Virus record (IMG/VR): IMGVR_UViG_3300020151_001495
Span: 1 to 64,000 of that record
Length of the DNA stretch: 64,000 nucleotides
Reading direction: 5' to 3' (one strand)
Source of the DNA: a virus
Taxonomy: Duplodnaviria > Caudoviricetes
Shown: positions 9,907 through 20,411 of the stretch, one piece after another
Layout: each line of letters begins with the position of its first letter
How positions within the stretch are numbered: the stretch's first letter is position 1
Made by a program: the position numbers and the translations under genes
The notes under the pieces: generated by a model
Databases searched by the model: none
Told to the model about the DNA's origin: nothing
The model's input: the letters and a program-made list of their open reading frames with translations, nothing else

Positions 9907-11208
9907 TTACCTCACTAACCATTCTTCTACAGTTTCACTAATATCTCTCATTTTAATCCATCTATCTCCAACAGGTTGACCTTTACGAAGTCTAAGTTTT
10001 CCAACTAGACCAACTGCGGACCACTCTGGTCTATCTTCTCTAGGAATATATGATTGATTTGGATCATAATCTGGATTCAATTTACGGTGTGTGAATCTTT
10101 TGCCGTCATCATCATGAGTTTTAATCACTGCATCCTCTGGAACAACTACATCTTCTGGGATGTTCCAATCCTCATATGCTCTAGTTACAGAAGTTGGAAA
10201 TCCATTGTCAGTATCAACTACCTCTTCCCATTCAATTATATTATGTTCTTCCCAAATATGACAATTAAATTCATCTCTAATGTACTTATCTGCCCAATAA
10301 TTCCATGCATTGTCTGCAAGAACTGCAGGATTTCCAGAAATAACTCCAATAATGTTAGAGTCTCCGTCAACAGATTTGCGAATTTTATTTCCAACTAAAG
10401 TTACACTATATCCTCTACGATCTTCGTTATCTGTATTACCATCTTCCCATTCAAACATCTCAGCGTAGTCAGCTGGGGAAGACATTGTAGTTCCACCATC
10501 ACTGAATACTACACCATCACCTCTGACTATAAATTCATTATCAACAAAACCTCCAGAAGCACATAAAATAAACGTATATGCAGATGTTGCGGATCTAGAA
10601 ACACCAGTTTGGAACAAAGTTGAAGCATAGCTAGTATTGCGATTTCCTACGTCTAACGTCGGGACAGACGTTTGTGAAGACATAAATTCATTTATTGTTA
10701 AAGCGCTATTATTATAGCCACCATCACTGGTTACTTTTAATGCTCCGCCATTTACAAGACGCATTCTTTCAGTATTATTGTTTGCCCACATATGTGTGCC
10801 GTTAGTATCAAGATTAAAAAATCTGTGCATGTTATTATAAACATCAATATAATAGCCAATATTTCCATTGGTATAATCAAATTGTATTTCTCCTCCTTCT
10901 AAACTAGTATCTTGACGATTTAATCTTAATGGTCTACCTACAGCAATATTTCCTGAAGTAGAACTTCCTAAAGTTAAAGTCTGTGTAGAACTAGGAAGAA
11001 TAGATCCAGATCTCTCAAAGATCATATTAACATTGTTTACACCATCTCCGATGTAAACATCTGCAGCAGTATTACCTACACTTAAATTTCCACCAGCATT
11101 TGTAATGGATAAATTACCACTCACATCTGTCTGAATAAGTGCTTTTGATGTTCCGTCTTGAAAATCTATGAGACCCGATGCGGGTGTTATGATTACGTCT
11201 CTTGGCAT
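9907..11208 (-). CDS. fibre/appendage protein with a C-terminal peptidase G2 intramolecular chaperone
   Basis: ADYAEMFEW, IIGVISG.P, KY..D.F, LNPDYDP, PREDRPEW..VGL.GKL. Confidence 0.8.
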   Translation of the reverse strand: MPRDVIITPASGLIDFQDGTSKALIQTDVSGNLSITNAGGNLSVGNTAADVYIGDGVNNVNMIFERSGSILPSSTQTLTLGSSTSGNIAVGRPLRLNRQDTSLEGGEIQFDYTNGNIGYYIDVYNNMHRFFNLDTNGTHMWANNNTERMRLVNGGALKVTSDGGYNNSALTINEFMSSQTSVPTLDVGNRNTSYASTLFQTGVSRSATSAYTFILCASGGFVDNEFIVRGDGVVFSDGGTTMSSPADYAEMFEWEDGNTDNEDRRGYSVTLVGNKIRKSVDGDSNIIGVISGNPAVLADNAWNYWADKYIRDEFNCHIWEEHNIIEWEEVVDTDNGFPTSVTRAYEDWNIPEDVVVPEDAVIKTHDDDGKRFTHRKLNPDYDPNQSYIPREDRPEWSAVGLVGKLRLRKGQPVGDRWIKMRDISETVEEWLVR

Positions 11209-13685
11209 TACTTAAACCTACCTCCTATACGAGTGATGAACTGACCAAATGCACTTCTAATACTATAATTTATTCTTGCATCACTTCCAACGTTTACAAC
11301 AGTAAATCCAGGATTTGGATACTGTCTATCTATAAAGATATCAATGTCTTTCATCCAGAATCCTTCTGCAGTATCATTGTTGCCAGCAGCAGTTACTCCA
11401 ACCTGGAAGTATCTTGGGAAGTTTACTGGATTGATTGTTATTTGTCTCTCTTCATAATTTGAGACTGATGCAGCAGTAAATGCTATCGTAGAAACTCCTC
11501 CAGACATTGGAGAACTCCAGTATGCAGAATTGGAAACTTGATTTGGTCCAACTGCCAGTTGGGTATCTCTAACTTCTAATACAGGATAACTAGATCCAGA
11601 CCAACCAGTTACAAGTTTTACTTTTGCACTGACTCTTAAAGTTGCACCAGCAGGAACTAAAATAGTTTCTCCAAATCCATAACCATATTCATTATAATCA
11701 TATCTAAATAACACTCTCCAAGAATTTTCAGTATTATCCCAATATCTTTCGCAACCAGTTGCAAATTGTCTTACGCCATTAAATTCAAAATCATCTTCTA
11801 GAATAGTAAATGATGAATATCCAAGAACTCCACGATCTAATTGTCTGAGACCTGGACCTGCTTGTGGAGTGCCCAGTTGTGGATTGATCAATCCAGAGAG
11901 ATATTTACTCCTAGAATAAATTAAAGCTGAATTAGTTGCTTCCGCAACATGTCCATAACGAAGACCAGTAAAGATAAATTTTTTGCCACTAATTCCTAAA
12001 CAACTGTTGTAGTGGCCGACTCCATATGTTGATGCATCAGAAATAAAATCATGATATCCCATGCCATTTTCATACATCATCAACCATCTTAAAGAAGTTT
12101 CTGCCCTGCTGGAGTAATTATATGCAAATTCTCCATACTCATGTAGACCTTCAGATCTATAATTTGTAGACTGATTTCTGGTGGAGATACAATTATAAAC
12201 TGATTGTCCAGGTGTATACCATGGTCCACTGATACCATTCCATGTATTCGCACAGAATGCACATCTAAGTTTTAAATACCTTTGTTCCCATAAAAATAAT
12301 CCACCGATGTCAATCACAGCAAGTGTTCCATTTACAGTAATACCTTCAACCCAAGGTTGTCTTTGGTGACTTGCAATTTGTTGTGAAATTGTTACAGGTA
12401 ATGAGTTTGAACTTGACCATCCTCGGAAACTTACACCTCTTGCATTTCCATCTACACTATTTCCGACTCGTTTGAAGTATACATCTTTGATAACTATTTT
12501 TTTATTAAAATTAGCAAGAGTGTTATAATCTCCAGTACCAACATAAGAATCACTATGAAAAAATGCATGGTCACTGTTAGTAACTCCACGAATCTGAACT
12601 CTTCTGGTAAGTCTTGTCACTAATGCACCAGATACAACTGTATATGGAAGAGTTGCATTTAATGTAATTACATTTCCACTAACTGAAGAAATTGTACGAA
12701 TAGTATCATATGCATTCCAAGCAAAATCAGTAGTTCCTCCAACTTCACTCCTCGCTTCTACCCATATTTCATCACCAGCAGTAAACCTATTTGCGTTTGC
12801 AACAGTAATTGTGCTAGTTCCTGAGTTAGATTGAACAGTTGTGACTGTTGCAACTTTTCTAACTTTCTCTGATGCATCGTGTGCCTTTTCAGTACCAGAA
12901 AGATATATCGTCAATCCTGCAATAACTCCAGTTGTTGCACTATCAACAGTTATTATATTAGTTGTATAGTCAATAGAATTTATAGTTTTTGTATTTAAAT
13001 TTGTAGAAGTTCCAAATATAATTTTTTGCCCTACACGAAACACTTTTGCATTTGAAACTGGAATTATTGTAGCTCCTGATATTACATTTGAATTAATTGT
13101 AGCAGTTGGACTTACATATTGTCTAACATAAATTGTATTTCCATTTATATCATGAATCCAAAAACCTTCATCACGTAATGTTTGATATGCACCATCACTG
13201 TCAGTTGATACTGTATTATTAAATACAGCAATCCATTCATCAATAGCAAAGTTTGTTGCACTGGCTACAGTAAATCCAAATGAATTTTCTACAACACTAG
13301 CAGATAATGTAGTTGTTGGCATTCCATCTTCACCTTCTGCAATAAATGCTGCAGCAGCTTCATTATATACCCATAAACCATGATTATCTGCGTTTGTTCC
13401 TTTGAACTCACATACAGCATCACCTCGCATATGATAGGTTCCACTACCTCTTACATGTAATCTGCCATTCATTCTGATAGTGCTTGTTCCACTTGTTGTG
13501 TGTTGAAGAATTCCAAAAATATTTGAATCTTCAAAACCATTTGTTCTAATTGGAGTTGAAGCATCAACAGTTACCGTATGTCCAACATTAATTTGAAATC
13601 CATCAAGGTCTGCAGGTACTACACCACCAGTCCATGTTGTGGTGGCACTAAAGTTACCAGATTGTGCAGATTGAATATATGCCAT
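11208..13685 (-). CDS. virion structural protein with a G8-like N-terminus and beta-rich repeats
   Basis: SAQSGNFS...TW.GG.VP...GHTVTVD N-terminus; repeated beta modules. Confidence 0.6.
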   Translation of the reverse strand: MAYIQSAQSGNFSATTTWTGGVVPADLDGFQINVGHTVTVDASTPIRTNGFEDSNIFGILQHTTSGTSTIRMNGRLHVRGSGTYHMRGDAVCEFKGTNADNHGLWVYNEAAAAFIAEGEDGMPTTTLSASVVENSFGFTVASATNFAIDEWIAVFNNTVSTDSDGAYQTLRDEGFWIHDINGNTIYVRQYVSPTATINSNVISGATIIPVSNAKVFRVGQKIIFGTSTNLNTKTINSIDYTTNIITVDSATTGVIAGLTIYLSGTEKAHDASEKVRKVATVTTVQSNSGTSTITVANANRFTAGDEIWVEARSEVGGTTDFAWNAYDTIRTISSVSGNVITLNATLPYTVVSGALVTRLTRRVQIRGVTNSDHAFFHSDSYVGTGDYNTLANFNKKIVIKDVYFKRVGNSVDGNARGVSFRGWSSSNSLPVTISQQIASHQRQPWVEGITVNGTLAVIDIGGLFLWEQRYLKLRCAFCANTWNGISGPWYTPGQSVYNCISTRNQSTNYRSEGLHEYGEFAYNYSSRAETSLRWLMMYENGMGYHDFISDASTYGVGHYNSCLGISGKKFIFTGLRYGHVAEATNSALIYSRSKYLSGLINPQLGTPQAGPGLRQLDRGVLGYSSFTILEDDFEFNGVRQFATGCERYWDNTENSWRVLFRYDYNEYGYGFGETILVPAGATLRVSAKVKLVTGWSGSSYPVLEVRDTQLAVGPNQVSNSAYWSSPMSGGVSTIAFTAASVSNYEERQITINPVNFPRYFQVGVTAAGNNDTAEGFWMKDIDIFIDRQYPNPGFTVVNVGSDARINYSIRSAFGQFITRIGGRFK

Positions 13686-13862
13686 TATATTATACTCCTA
13701 TCAGTAATAAGTTGTTCATATACATTTGGAATAGAACTTTCTGGTTTTACAATTTCCAATACAATTTCTCCATCATTTTCATAAATTTCATTGATGATGA
13801 CTGTTGGATCATTAGATGTGACATCCAATGTTGATTTGTTTATAGTTAATCGAATATTCATT
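13686..13862 (-). CDS. small hypothetical late protein (MNIRLTINKSTL..., 58 aa; not in ORF track)
   Basis: Manual translation; AGG RBS, CATAAATA upstream, stop abuts the next ATG. Confidence 0.6.
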
Positions 13863-13883
13863 GATATATACCTTTCCTAGTAT

Positions 13884-16800
13884 TTATGATTCGTATTCGG
13901 TGATTAATTTTTCAACATCTTTTCTTTCTGCAAATACAGTGAAGAAGCAGTTGATGACATCATTTGTAGATTCAATAACAATAGTGTTATTTGAGATATC
14001 AATCACGGAATGAATTCCAGGATTTCTACCAATAGGGGTTAGATTTACAGTGATTGAGTCTTCATGAACTAGTTCAGTCCAATACTCTGGAAGTTCAATA
14101 GTATTATTATCAGAGAGTCTTCCTCTAATATAAACACCATTTTCTGGACCTTCTAATGATCCATAGCGAAGTTTGAATCCTGGTTTTGTTGGGTGATCAA
14201 TTACGAATGACTTTGTGGTTGCAGCAAAGGAACCATTAACTTGAAGTTTGTATGTTGGTGATGCAACATCAATACCAACATTTCCAGTTGTTCCCTTAAC
14301 TGTAATTCCAACAGCTCCTGCTGATTGTAATCTTAAATCTCCACCATCATTTCTTAGAGTTGCAGTTCTAGTTCCACCATCTGATGCTCTATTTTGACTG
14401 TTTATGAAATAATACGCACTTGCATCTCCAGCAGTAATTTGAAGTGCTGTAAATGCATTAGCTCCAGTACCAGCATTTTGTGTTGATGTATAAAGTGAAC
14501 CATCTGTATTAATATAATTCAAGAATCTTACAGTTGGATTTGTTATTCCAATACCAACATTTCCAGTGCTGGTGATTGCCATTCTTATATTAGGCGCTGT
14601 TGTAGTGTCTCCCAACGTAGGCATCGTTGCCATGTATAGAGTTCCGCCGCCATTTCCAATCCACCAAGGATTTGAATTAGCAAAATCAAGAATACCTAGA
14701 CCGTTATTTCTAGCTCCTTTTAATATTAAATTAGTACCATAATTAAATTGTCCCCACTGAGGTCCCGAGTTAGCTATATCCAAAGAACCACTGGGAACCG
14801 TGGTGCCAATACCAACAAGACCAGAGGAATTTACAAATACATCGTCAGATCCACCACCAGCTCTTCTTAATCCAGATGGACTATATTCATCCATGAACGC
14901 CAACTGACCAAGATATTGGTTCAGTGGAATCTGGTTTGGATTTAATCCAACGTCTTGTTGAGATACTACATTATAGAAAGTTGTTCCGCCATCAGTTGAC
15001 TCTGAAATATATCCATTAACTGATAATTCTGTTGGAGCTGACTGAACTGGGGGTTTACCAATATGAATATTTCCTGTAGTAGCTTCTATTTTAAGAGGAC
15101 TTCTGTTTATATTAGCTTGATAGATCGAGAAATCTTCAGTGCCGTTACCATTGGTATCAACCAAAATTTGATGTGATGCACCAGTGCCAAATGCAATCGC
15201 AGCTCTCTTTGATGTTGCATGTGCAGTAGTTCTAATTCTAATTGAGTACGGGAATTGTGCAGTTTCTCCTCCAACATCTAATTTTACTACTGGTGAAATT
15301 GTACCAATGCCAATATTACCATTTGAAAGAATACTAAATCTATCAACGAAAGATCCAGCATGGTTAAATGTATAATGTAATGCTGATGTATTAGTTGCAC
15401 CTGTCTGAACAAATTTCACATCCAACATTGCGTTGGCATTTGCAGTGTCAGGATTTATTCTAAATCCTAATACAGACATAGCATTTGTTGTGGTGCTTTC
15501 ATTTACAATTGAAAGCATTCTATATCCATCACCTATATCACTATTAGCTGAAAATGTTGTGTTATTAGTAAATCCTACTGTTAACCCACTAGTAGATCTT
15601 GTTGCAGCACCACCAATTCTTGAATTTCCAATAACATCTAATTTTGTTGTTGGAGTTGTGGTTCCTATGCCGACATTACCAGAAATATAAGCACCATTAT
15701 TAACTTGTAGTGACTGGTTTGCAGTTCCAGTTGCAGTTGAAGTATTAACTAAGACCGCTGCAGCCGTTCCGCTACCATGCTGAAGAACAATATGACCTAC
15801 ACCACCAGTAATTTGATTTTGAATAGTAAAGTAATCTACATCTATGCCTCCCCAACCCATGTATCCTTTTCTACCAGCAGCAATACCATCTGGAAACCAC
15901 TGAATGTATGAGTGATCTGTGCCAACAAGGTTTAAAGTTGCTCCATTATTAGTAAATTGTCCCATTCCAGCAACATCAAGTTTTGTTGTTGGATTTGTCG
16001 ATCCAATTCCAACACTACCACCAGAAAGAATTGATAATAAGTTAGCTGAATTGGTACTATTTACAAATGAGAATGAAGTACTTGCATTAAATTGTAATCC
16101 TGCTGGAATAAATGTGGAACCTGTACCCCCTGCATATGCAGATATACTTGCAAGACTATTGACAATACTTCCACCTGTTGACATTCCTCTCCATATAAAA
16201 GTTCCAAGTAAATCACCAGTAGTAACTTGTGCCCCACCTTTACTTTTGTCTAGAATAAAATATGCAGCCGTAGCATCATTTGCATCATTTCTGGAAATAA
16301 TTTGTGATTCAAAAGAACTTGAACTTGACATTCTAAGAATGCCGTATCCATCAAATGAAGATGTTGGATTTATATTATTTCCAACTCCAACTTTTCCAGC
16401 ATCATTTACAACCATTCCATAATTCATTCGATTAGAAGAATTTAATGTTGGAATTGTAGGAGTAGTTCCAACAACAAAAGTTCCAAGACTTGATACGGAA
16501 GTTATATCAAGTCTAATATCATTAAGTGTATTAATAGGAGCAGCAGCATTATATACATAAGATATGAATACATAATAACTTTCATTGTCAATATTTTGAT
16601 AATGAAAAGTTACAAGAGATGTATATCCATTATGTACTATTATACCAGGAATTGATGAGGAACTCCAATTTTTATAAAAAGTAGCATCAAATCCAACTTC
16701 AGCAAATCCACCTGAAACATAAACTTGTAATTTATGAATTCCGATATAAAATTTACCAACATATACTGATTTTGTATCAGCCGTTCCAGCTGCAGTAGAT

Positions 16801-19800
16801 TTTACAGGAACTGAAATATATCTGTAATTTCTTGTTGTTCCTCCAGAGCCACCAACTTTTAAATATGTATTATCTACAGTATCAGAATTTCCTATGTGCA
16901 ATCTAGCAGATGGACTTGTATTTGCTATGCCAACATTACCTAATGAATTTATTACAACTGCTCTAGTTGTGTTATTTACTACTAAATTTAAATTATCAGC
17001 AGCGCCAGCAGCACGAACTACTGCTCCAGACCAAGTACTATCATATCCAAATAATGCTCCATAAGAACCATTATTATTTGCCCCATAATAAGCCATCCCG
17101 CCACTTGGAGCATTTATTTGAACTGGAATGTTTCCATCAGCTATTGAACCAGAACCAATCGATAGTGTTGCTAATGGGGCAGTAGTCGCAATACCAACAG
17201 CTCCAGTACCAAGAATTCTAACTCTTTCTGTGGCCGATCCACCACCATTACCTGTCCAAAAAGAAATAGTTCCAGCAACTCCAGATGCACCCCAAGAAAG
17301 TAACCTTGCTCCACCTGAAGTTGAAGTAGAGTAATCAAAAGATCCTGCACTAGTTTGATTATTTCCTGTTTGTCCGTATGTAACAATTGCACCAGAACTT
17401 TCAAATTTTTCTACTGGATTAGTTCGTCCAACTCCAACATTTTGAGTAGATGTAATTCTTACAGCTTCTACTCCATTATTTGGTTTTAGTGCGATATAAT
17501 CTGTAGCAATTAATGCTAATTTATTAGCTCTCCATGCAATTTCATTACTTGGAGTAACAGTTGCAGTTAGGAGTCTAGCATCACTTCCACTAAAACATAT
17601 AGTAGAATCTGTTGCAGTTCTTAATAGAGTAAATAACTCGGAAGAGTCATTATTAGCTGGAGATGCAGTTGGTTCAGATACGAATAATGCAGCTGAAGAA
17701 GTATTTGTATATACATGTAATTTTCTCGATATAACAGCAGTACCTATACCAACGTTTCCTGCAAAATAATTCTGTGCAGTTCCTCCAGCATAGAAGTTCC
17801 ATCTATTAGTTCCAGAGGGAATATTTGCAAAGTATCCGTAATTATTTGTAGCACCTACAAGAGTAGCAGAAACATTAAATCCTATTTGATTAGTTACTGC
17901 AGATCCAGAGCCAATTATTCCTTGTTGAGCTTGAAAATGAGTAAGAGTACCGAGAGTAAATGATGAAGCTGCAGTAGAACCACTTGAAATAAAATATATT
18001 GCACCGTTTGTAACATCGGATGCAACAACTCCCTGATGAACAAATCCATATGCTGTAACTCCACCAGTAATATTTTTACTGTTTAGAACTCCATAACCAG
18101 CAACATTTGGCCCACCAATACCAATTCCACCATCACTACCAATTCTCAATCTTTCTTGGTTATTGGTAGCAAATACCATATCAACAGTACCATAACCATA
18201 TAATCCTTGAATAGTAGATCCAGAGAAAACATCCATTAGTCTTCCTGTCACTCCACCACCTTCAATTCTTATATCTGCAGTTCCAGTAGCAGCATAAACA
18301 TGCAATTCTTGTTGTGGATTTGTGGTTCCTATGCCAATCCTTCCAACAGAATCTACAAGTAAATCATCAGATCCACCTCCAGCTCTTCTTAATCCAGATG
18401 GACTATATTCATCCATGAATGCAAGTTGACCAAGATATTGGTTCAGTGGAATCTGGTTTGGATTTAATCCAACGTCTTGTTGAGATACTACATTGTAATA
18501 ATTAGTACCATCAGTTGACTCTGTAATATATCCGTTTACTGCTAATTTTGAACCTGGATTTGTGACTCCTATACCAACATTACCAGAAATATAAGCACCA
18601 TCAATAACTTGAAGTCTTTGTGATGCTGTTCCTGTTGCTGTCCCTGTTCCTAGTAAAACATTACCAGAGGGATCAATAACTTGTCTATATGCATTTGCAG
18701 CATTATCATAGATGTAAAAGGCATTAGCAGGAGAAGCAGCAGAACCTCTTACACCAACCTCCCAGTCAGATCCATTTGTTAATAATTTTAATGTTGTTCT
18801 ATCACTTGCAGAAGTTGACTCAATTGCAAGAATGTCTCCAGAACCTACTATATGTGTTTTGTATAATGGATTTGTGGTTCCTATGCCAACAGAACCAGAA
18901 ACATAAGCACCACTATTAACTTGAAGTTTTTGATTTGAAGTTCCTGTTACTGATGTGGTGTTTATGAGGAAATTACCTGAAGTATCAATTCTATGTTGAA
19001 ATCCACTATTAATATAAAAATCAATTGGAGCAGAATCTACTGTAAATAATTCAAAAGCACCTGTTCCTCTATGATAAATGTTACTTTTAGAATTTGCTCC
19101 AGTATTACCTCTAATAATTCTTAAACCATAATCAGTATATGTCGCATCACCAATTAAATCAATAAGAGCAAACTGATTACTAGTTTGTCCTTGACCAATT
19201 TCTAATGCTGAGGTTCCTCCAATATTTCTCATGATTATGTTGCCATCACTAAAAATTCCACTACCACTAACATGTAATGTTGCAGTTGGAGTTGTGGTTC
19301 CTATGCCAACAGAACCAGAAACATAAGCACCACCATTAACTTGAAGTGGTTGTGATGCTGTTCCTGTTGTTAATGAAGTTCCTACAAGAACATTTCCTCC
19401 ATAAGCATTTAATGTTAAATTCTTCTTAATTGTATTTTCTCTATTGATTGCTTCAATTGAAACATTAGCACCTGAAACATCTGCGTAAGTGAGAAAGTAA
19501 GCATCACCTACACCTCCACCAGCAGAAAGATTTCCTTGATATACCTCTAATTTGTATAATGGATTTGTCGTACCAATTCCAACACGATTTGTAGTAGTAA
19601 TTTTACCAGTGGTGTTAAGTTCTGCAGTTACACCAGTCCTGGTAATAGTACTATGTAAATATTGTGTATGATCATCGTCTGCGAGACCATAAAATGAGCC
19701 ATGATCTGTAACGTCTACAATTACATCAGTAACAGTACCGTTTCCTTTCCTAAGAAACACTCTACCATCGGTAGTGTTAATTGCTAGCTCTCGTAGAGAA

Positions 19801-19865
19801 AGATCTGATAGAGTAGGTACTCTATTAGAAACTGAGCTTGATTTTAGCCTGATGTTAGTAGCCAT
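13884..19865 (-). CDS. long tail fibre with GNVGIGT repeats and a C-terminal chaperone-like domain
   Basis: N-terminal I.LK.S...P...L...ELAINT.DG anchor; many G.VGIGTT.P repeats; KSFVIDHP..LEGPE..IELPEYW C-terminus. Confidence 0.8.
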   Translation of the reverse strand: MATNIRLKSSSVSNRVPTLSDLSLRELAINTTDGRVFLRKGNGTVTDVIVDVTDHGSFYGLADDDHTQYLHSTITRTGVTAELNTTGKITTTNRVGIGTTNPLYKLEVYQGNLSAGGGVGDAYFLTYADVSGANVSIEAINRENTIKKNLTLNAYGGNVLVGTSLTTGTASQPLQVNGGAYVSGSVGIGTTTPTATLHVSGSGIFSDGNIIMRNIGGTSALEIGQGQTSNQFALIDLIGDATYTDYGLRIIRGNTGANSKSNIYHRGTGAFELFTVDSAPIDFYINSGFQHRIDTSGNFLINTTSVTGTSNQKLQVNSGAYVSGSVGIGTTNPLYKTHIVGSGDILAIESTSASDRTTLKLLTNGSDWEVGVRGSAASPANAFYIYDNAANAYRQVIDPSGNVLLGTGTATGTASQRLQVIDGAYISGNVGIGVTNPGSKLAVNGYITESTDGTNYYNVVSQQDVGLNPNQIPLNQYLGQLAFMDEYSPSGLRRAGGGSDDLLVDSVGRIGIGTTNPQQELHVYAATGTADIRIEGGGVTGRLMDVFSGSTIQGLYGYGTVDMVFATNNQERLRIGSDGGIGIGGPNVAGYGVLNSKNITGGVTAYGFVHQGVVASDVTNGAIYFISSGSTAASSFTLGTLTHFQAQQGIIGSGSAVTNQIGFNVSATLVGATNNYGYFANIPSGTNRWNFYAGGTAQNYFAGNVGIGTAVISRKLHVYTNTSSAALFVSEPTASPANNDSSELFTLLRTATDSTICFSGSDARLLTATVTPSNEIAWRANKLALIATDYIALKPNNGVEAVRITSTQNVGVGRTNPVEKFESSGAIVTYGQTGNNQTSAGSFDYSTSTSGGARLLSWGASGVAGTISFWTGNGGGSATERVRILGTGAVGIATTAPLATLSIGSGSIADGNIPVQINAPSGGMAYYGANNNGSYGALFGYDSTWSGAVVRAAGAADNLNLVVNNTTRAVVINSLGNVGIANTSPSARLHIGNSDTVDNTYLKVGGSGGTTRNYRYISVPVKSTAAGTADTKSVYVGKFYIGIHKLQVYVSGGFAEVGFDATFYKNWSSSSIPGIIVHNGYTSLVTFHYQNIDNESYYVFISYVYNAAAPINTLNDIRLDITSVSSLGTFVVGTTPTIPTLNSSNRMNYGMVVNDAGKVGVGNNINPTSSFDGYGILRMSSSSSFESQIISRNDANDATAAYFILDKSKGGAQVTTGDLLGTFIWRGMSTGGSIVNSLASISAYAGGTGSTFIPAGLQFNASTSFSFVNSTNSANLLSILSGGSVGIGSTNPTTKLDVAGMGQFTNNGATLNLVGTDHSYIQWFPDGIAAGRKGYMGWGGIDVDYFTIQNQITGGVGHIVLQHGSGTAAAVLVNTSTATGTANQSLQVNNGAYISGNVGIGTTTPTTKLDVIGNSRIGGAATRSTSGLTVGFTNNTTFSANSDIGDGYRMLSIVNESTTTNAMSVLGFRINPDTANANAMLDVKFVQTGATNTSALHYTFNHAGSFVDRFSILSNGNIGIGTISPVVKLDVGGETAQFPYSIRIRTTAHATSKRAAIAFGTGASHQILVDTNGNGTEDFSIYQANINRSPLKIEATTGNIHIGKPPVQSAPTELSVNGYISESTDGGTTFYNVVSQQDVGLNPNQIPLNQYLGQLAFMDEYSPSGLRRAGGGSDDVFVNSSGLVGIGTTVPSGSLDIANSGPQWGQFNYGTNLILKGARNNGLGILDFANSNPWWIGNGGGTLYMATMPTLGDTTTAPNIRMAITSTGNVGIGITNPTVRFLNYINTDGSLYTSTQNAGTGANAFTALQITAGDASAYYFINSQNRASDGGTRTATLRNDGGDLRLQSAGAVGITVKGTTGNVGIDVASPTYKLQVNGSFAATTKSFVIDHPTKPGFKLRYGSLEGPENGVYIRGRLSDNNTIELPEYWTELVHEDSITVNLTPIGRNPGIHSVIDISNNTIVIESTNDVINCFFTVFAERKDVEKLITEYES
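14841..14972. repeat. 132-bp direct repeat, copy A, in the tail fibre
   Basis: About 6 mismatches to 18363-18494 by manual alignment. Confidence 0.9.
18363..18494. repeat. 132-bp direct repeat, copy B, in the tail fibre
   Basis: Encodes the same NVVSQQDVGLNPNQIPLNQYLGQLAFMDEYSPSGLRRAGGGSDD peptide. Confidence 0.9.
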
Positions 19866-19893
19866 ATTGCAAATATTTGCGGTATATACCTAT

Positions 19894-19919
19894 AAAAAAG
19901 GAGGGATATATATCCCTCC
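19894..19919 (-). terminator. rho-independent terminator (20-bp perfect palindrome plus T-tract)
   Basis: GGAGGGATATATATCCCTCC followed by a T-tract on the minus strand. Confidence 0.75.
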
Positions 19920-19921
19920 AC

Positions 19922-19929
19922 TATTTATA
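19922..19929 (-). promoter_or_regulatory. T4-type late promoter
   Basis: TATAAATA upstream of the tail fibre gene. Confidence 0.75.
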
Positions 19930-19940
19930 TTAACGGTAAA

Positions 19941-20393
19941 TCACTCTTCCACTAATGGTTGAGTATAAAATTCATCAATGTTATTCGAAAAATTGTGTCT
20001 TTGATGCTCTGGAATATTTTGTTTGATTACTTCATAATCTTCTTCAATGCTTGGATATACAATTTCTGGACTCACTGCTTCTGGTTCTTTTACATCTTCA
20101 TCTATAATATCAATTCTAGATGGATCATAAATTGCTTCAGAAACATTTGTTAGGTGATGATGAATATAAATTCTAGCACCTTTATCAATTGGAGTAAATG
20201 AAATTGAATAATAACCAATTCCAGGATTAAAAAATGGTGTTGGAGAATCAGATTCTATAGTTTTTTGAATCAACTCTTTAAAATTTTCAGGAATTTCGTC
20301 AGACTCTAATTGAGTCTGACAAATTTTACGATTCTCCCTATCTAAAAATTCATTTACCAAAAATTCTTGTTCGTCAGTTAGAAAAAATGACAT
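19941..20393 (-). CDS. acidic hypothetical protein
   Basis: 150-aa ORF with AGGAG RBS. Confidence 0.7.
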   Translation of the reverse strand: MSFFLTDEQEFLVNEFLDRENRKICQTQLESDEIPENFKELIQKTIESDSPTPFFNPGIGYYSISFTPIDKGARIYIHHHLTNVSEAIYDPSRIDIIDEDVKEPEAVSPEIVYPSIEEDYEVIKQNIPEHQRHNFSNNIDEFYTQPLVEE

Positions 20394-20411
20394 AGATCAC
20401 TCCTATTTTAT

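Noticed and set aside
13884-19865. Diversity-generating retroelement (repeat pair in a fibre with an Mtd-like N-terminus)
   Set aside because: No reverse transcriptase in the window; both copies are coding, and the mismatches are synonymous and not adenine-specific.
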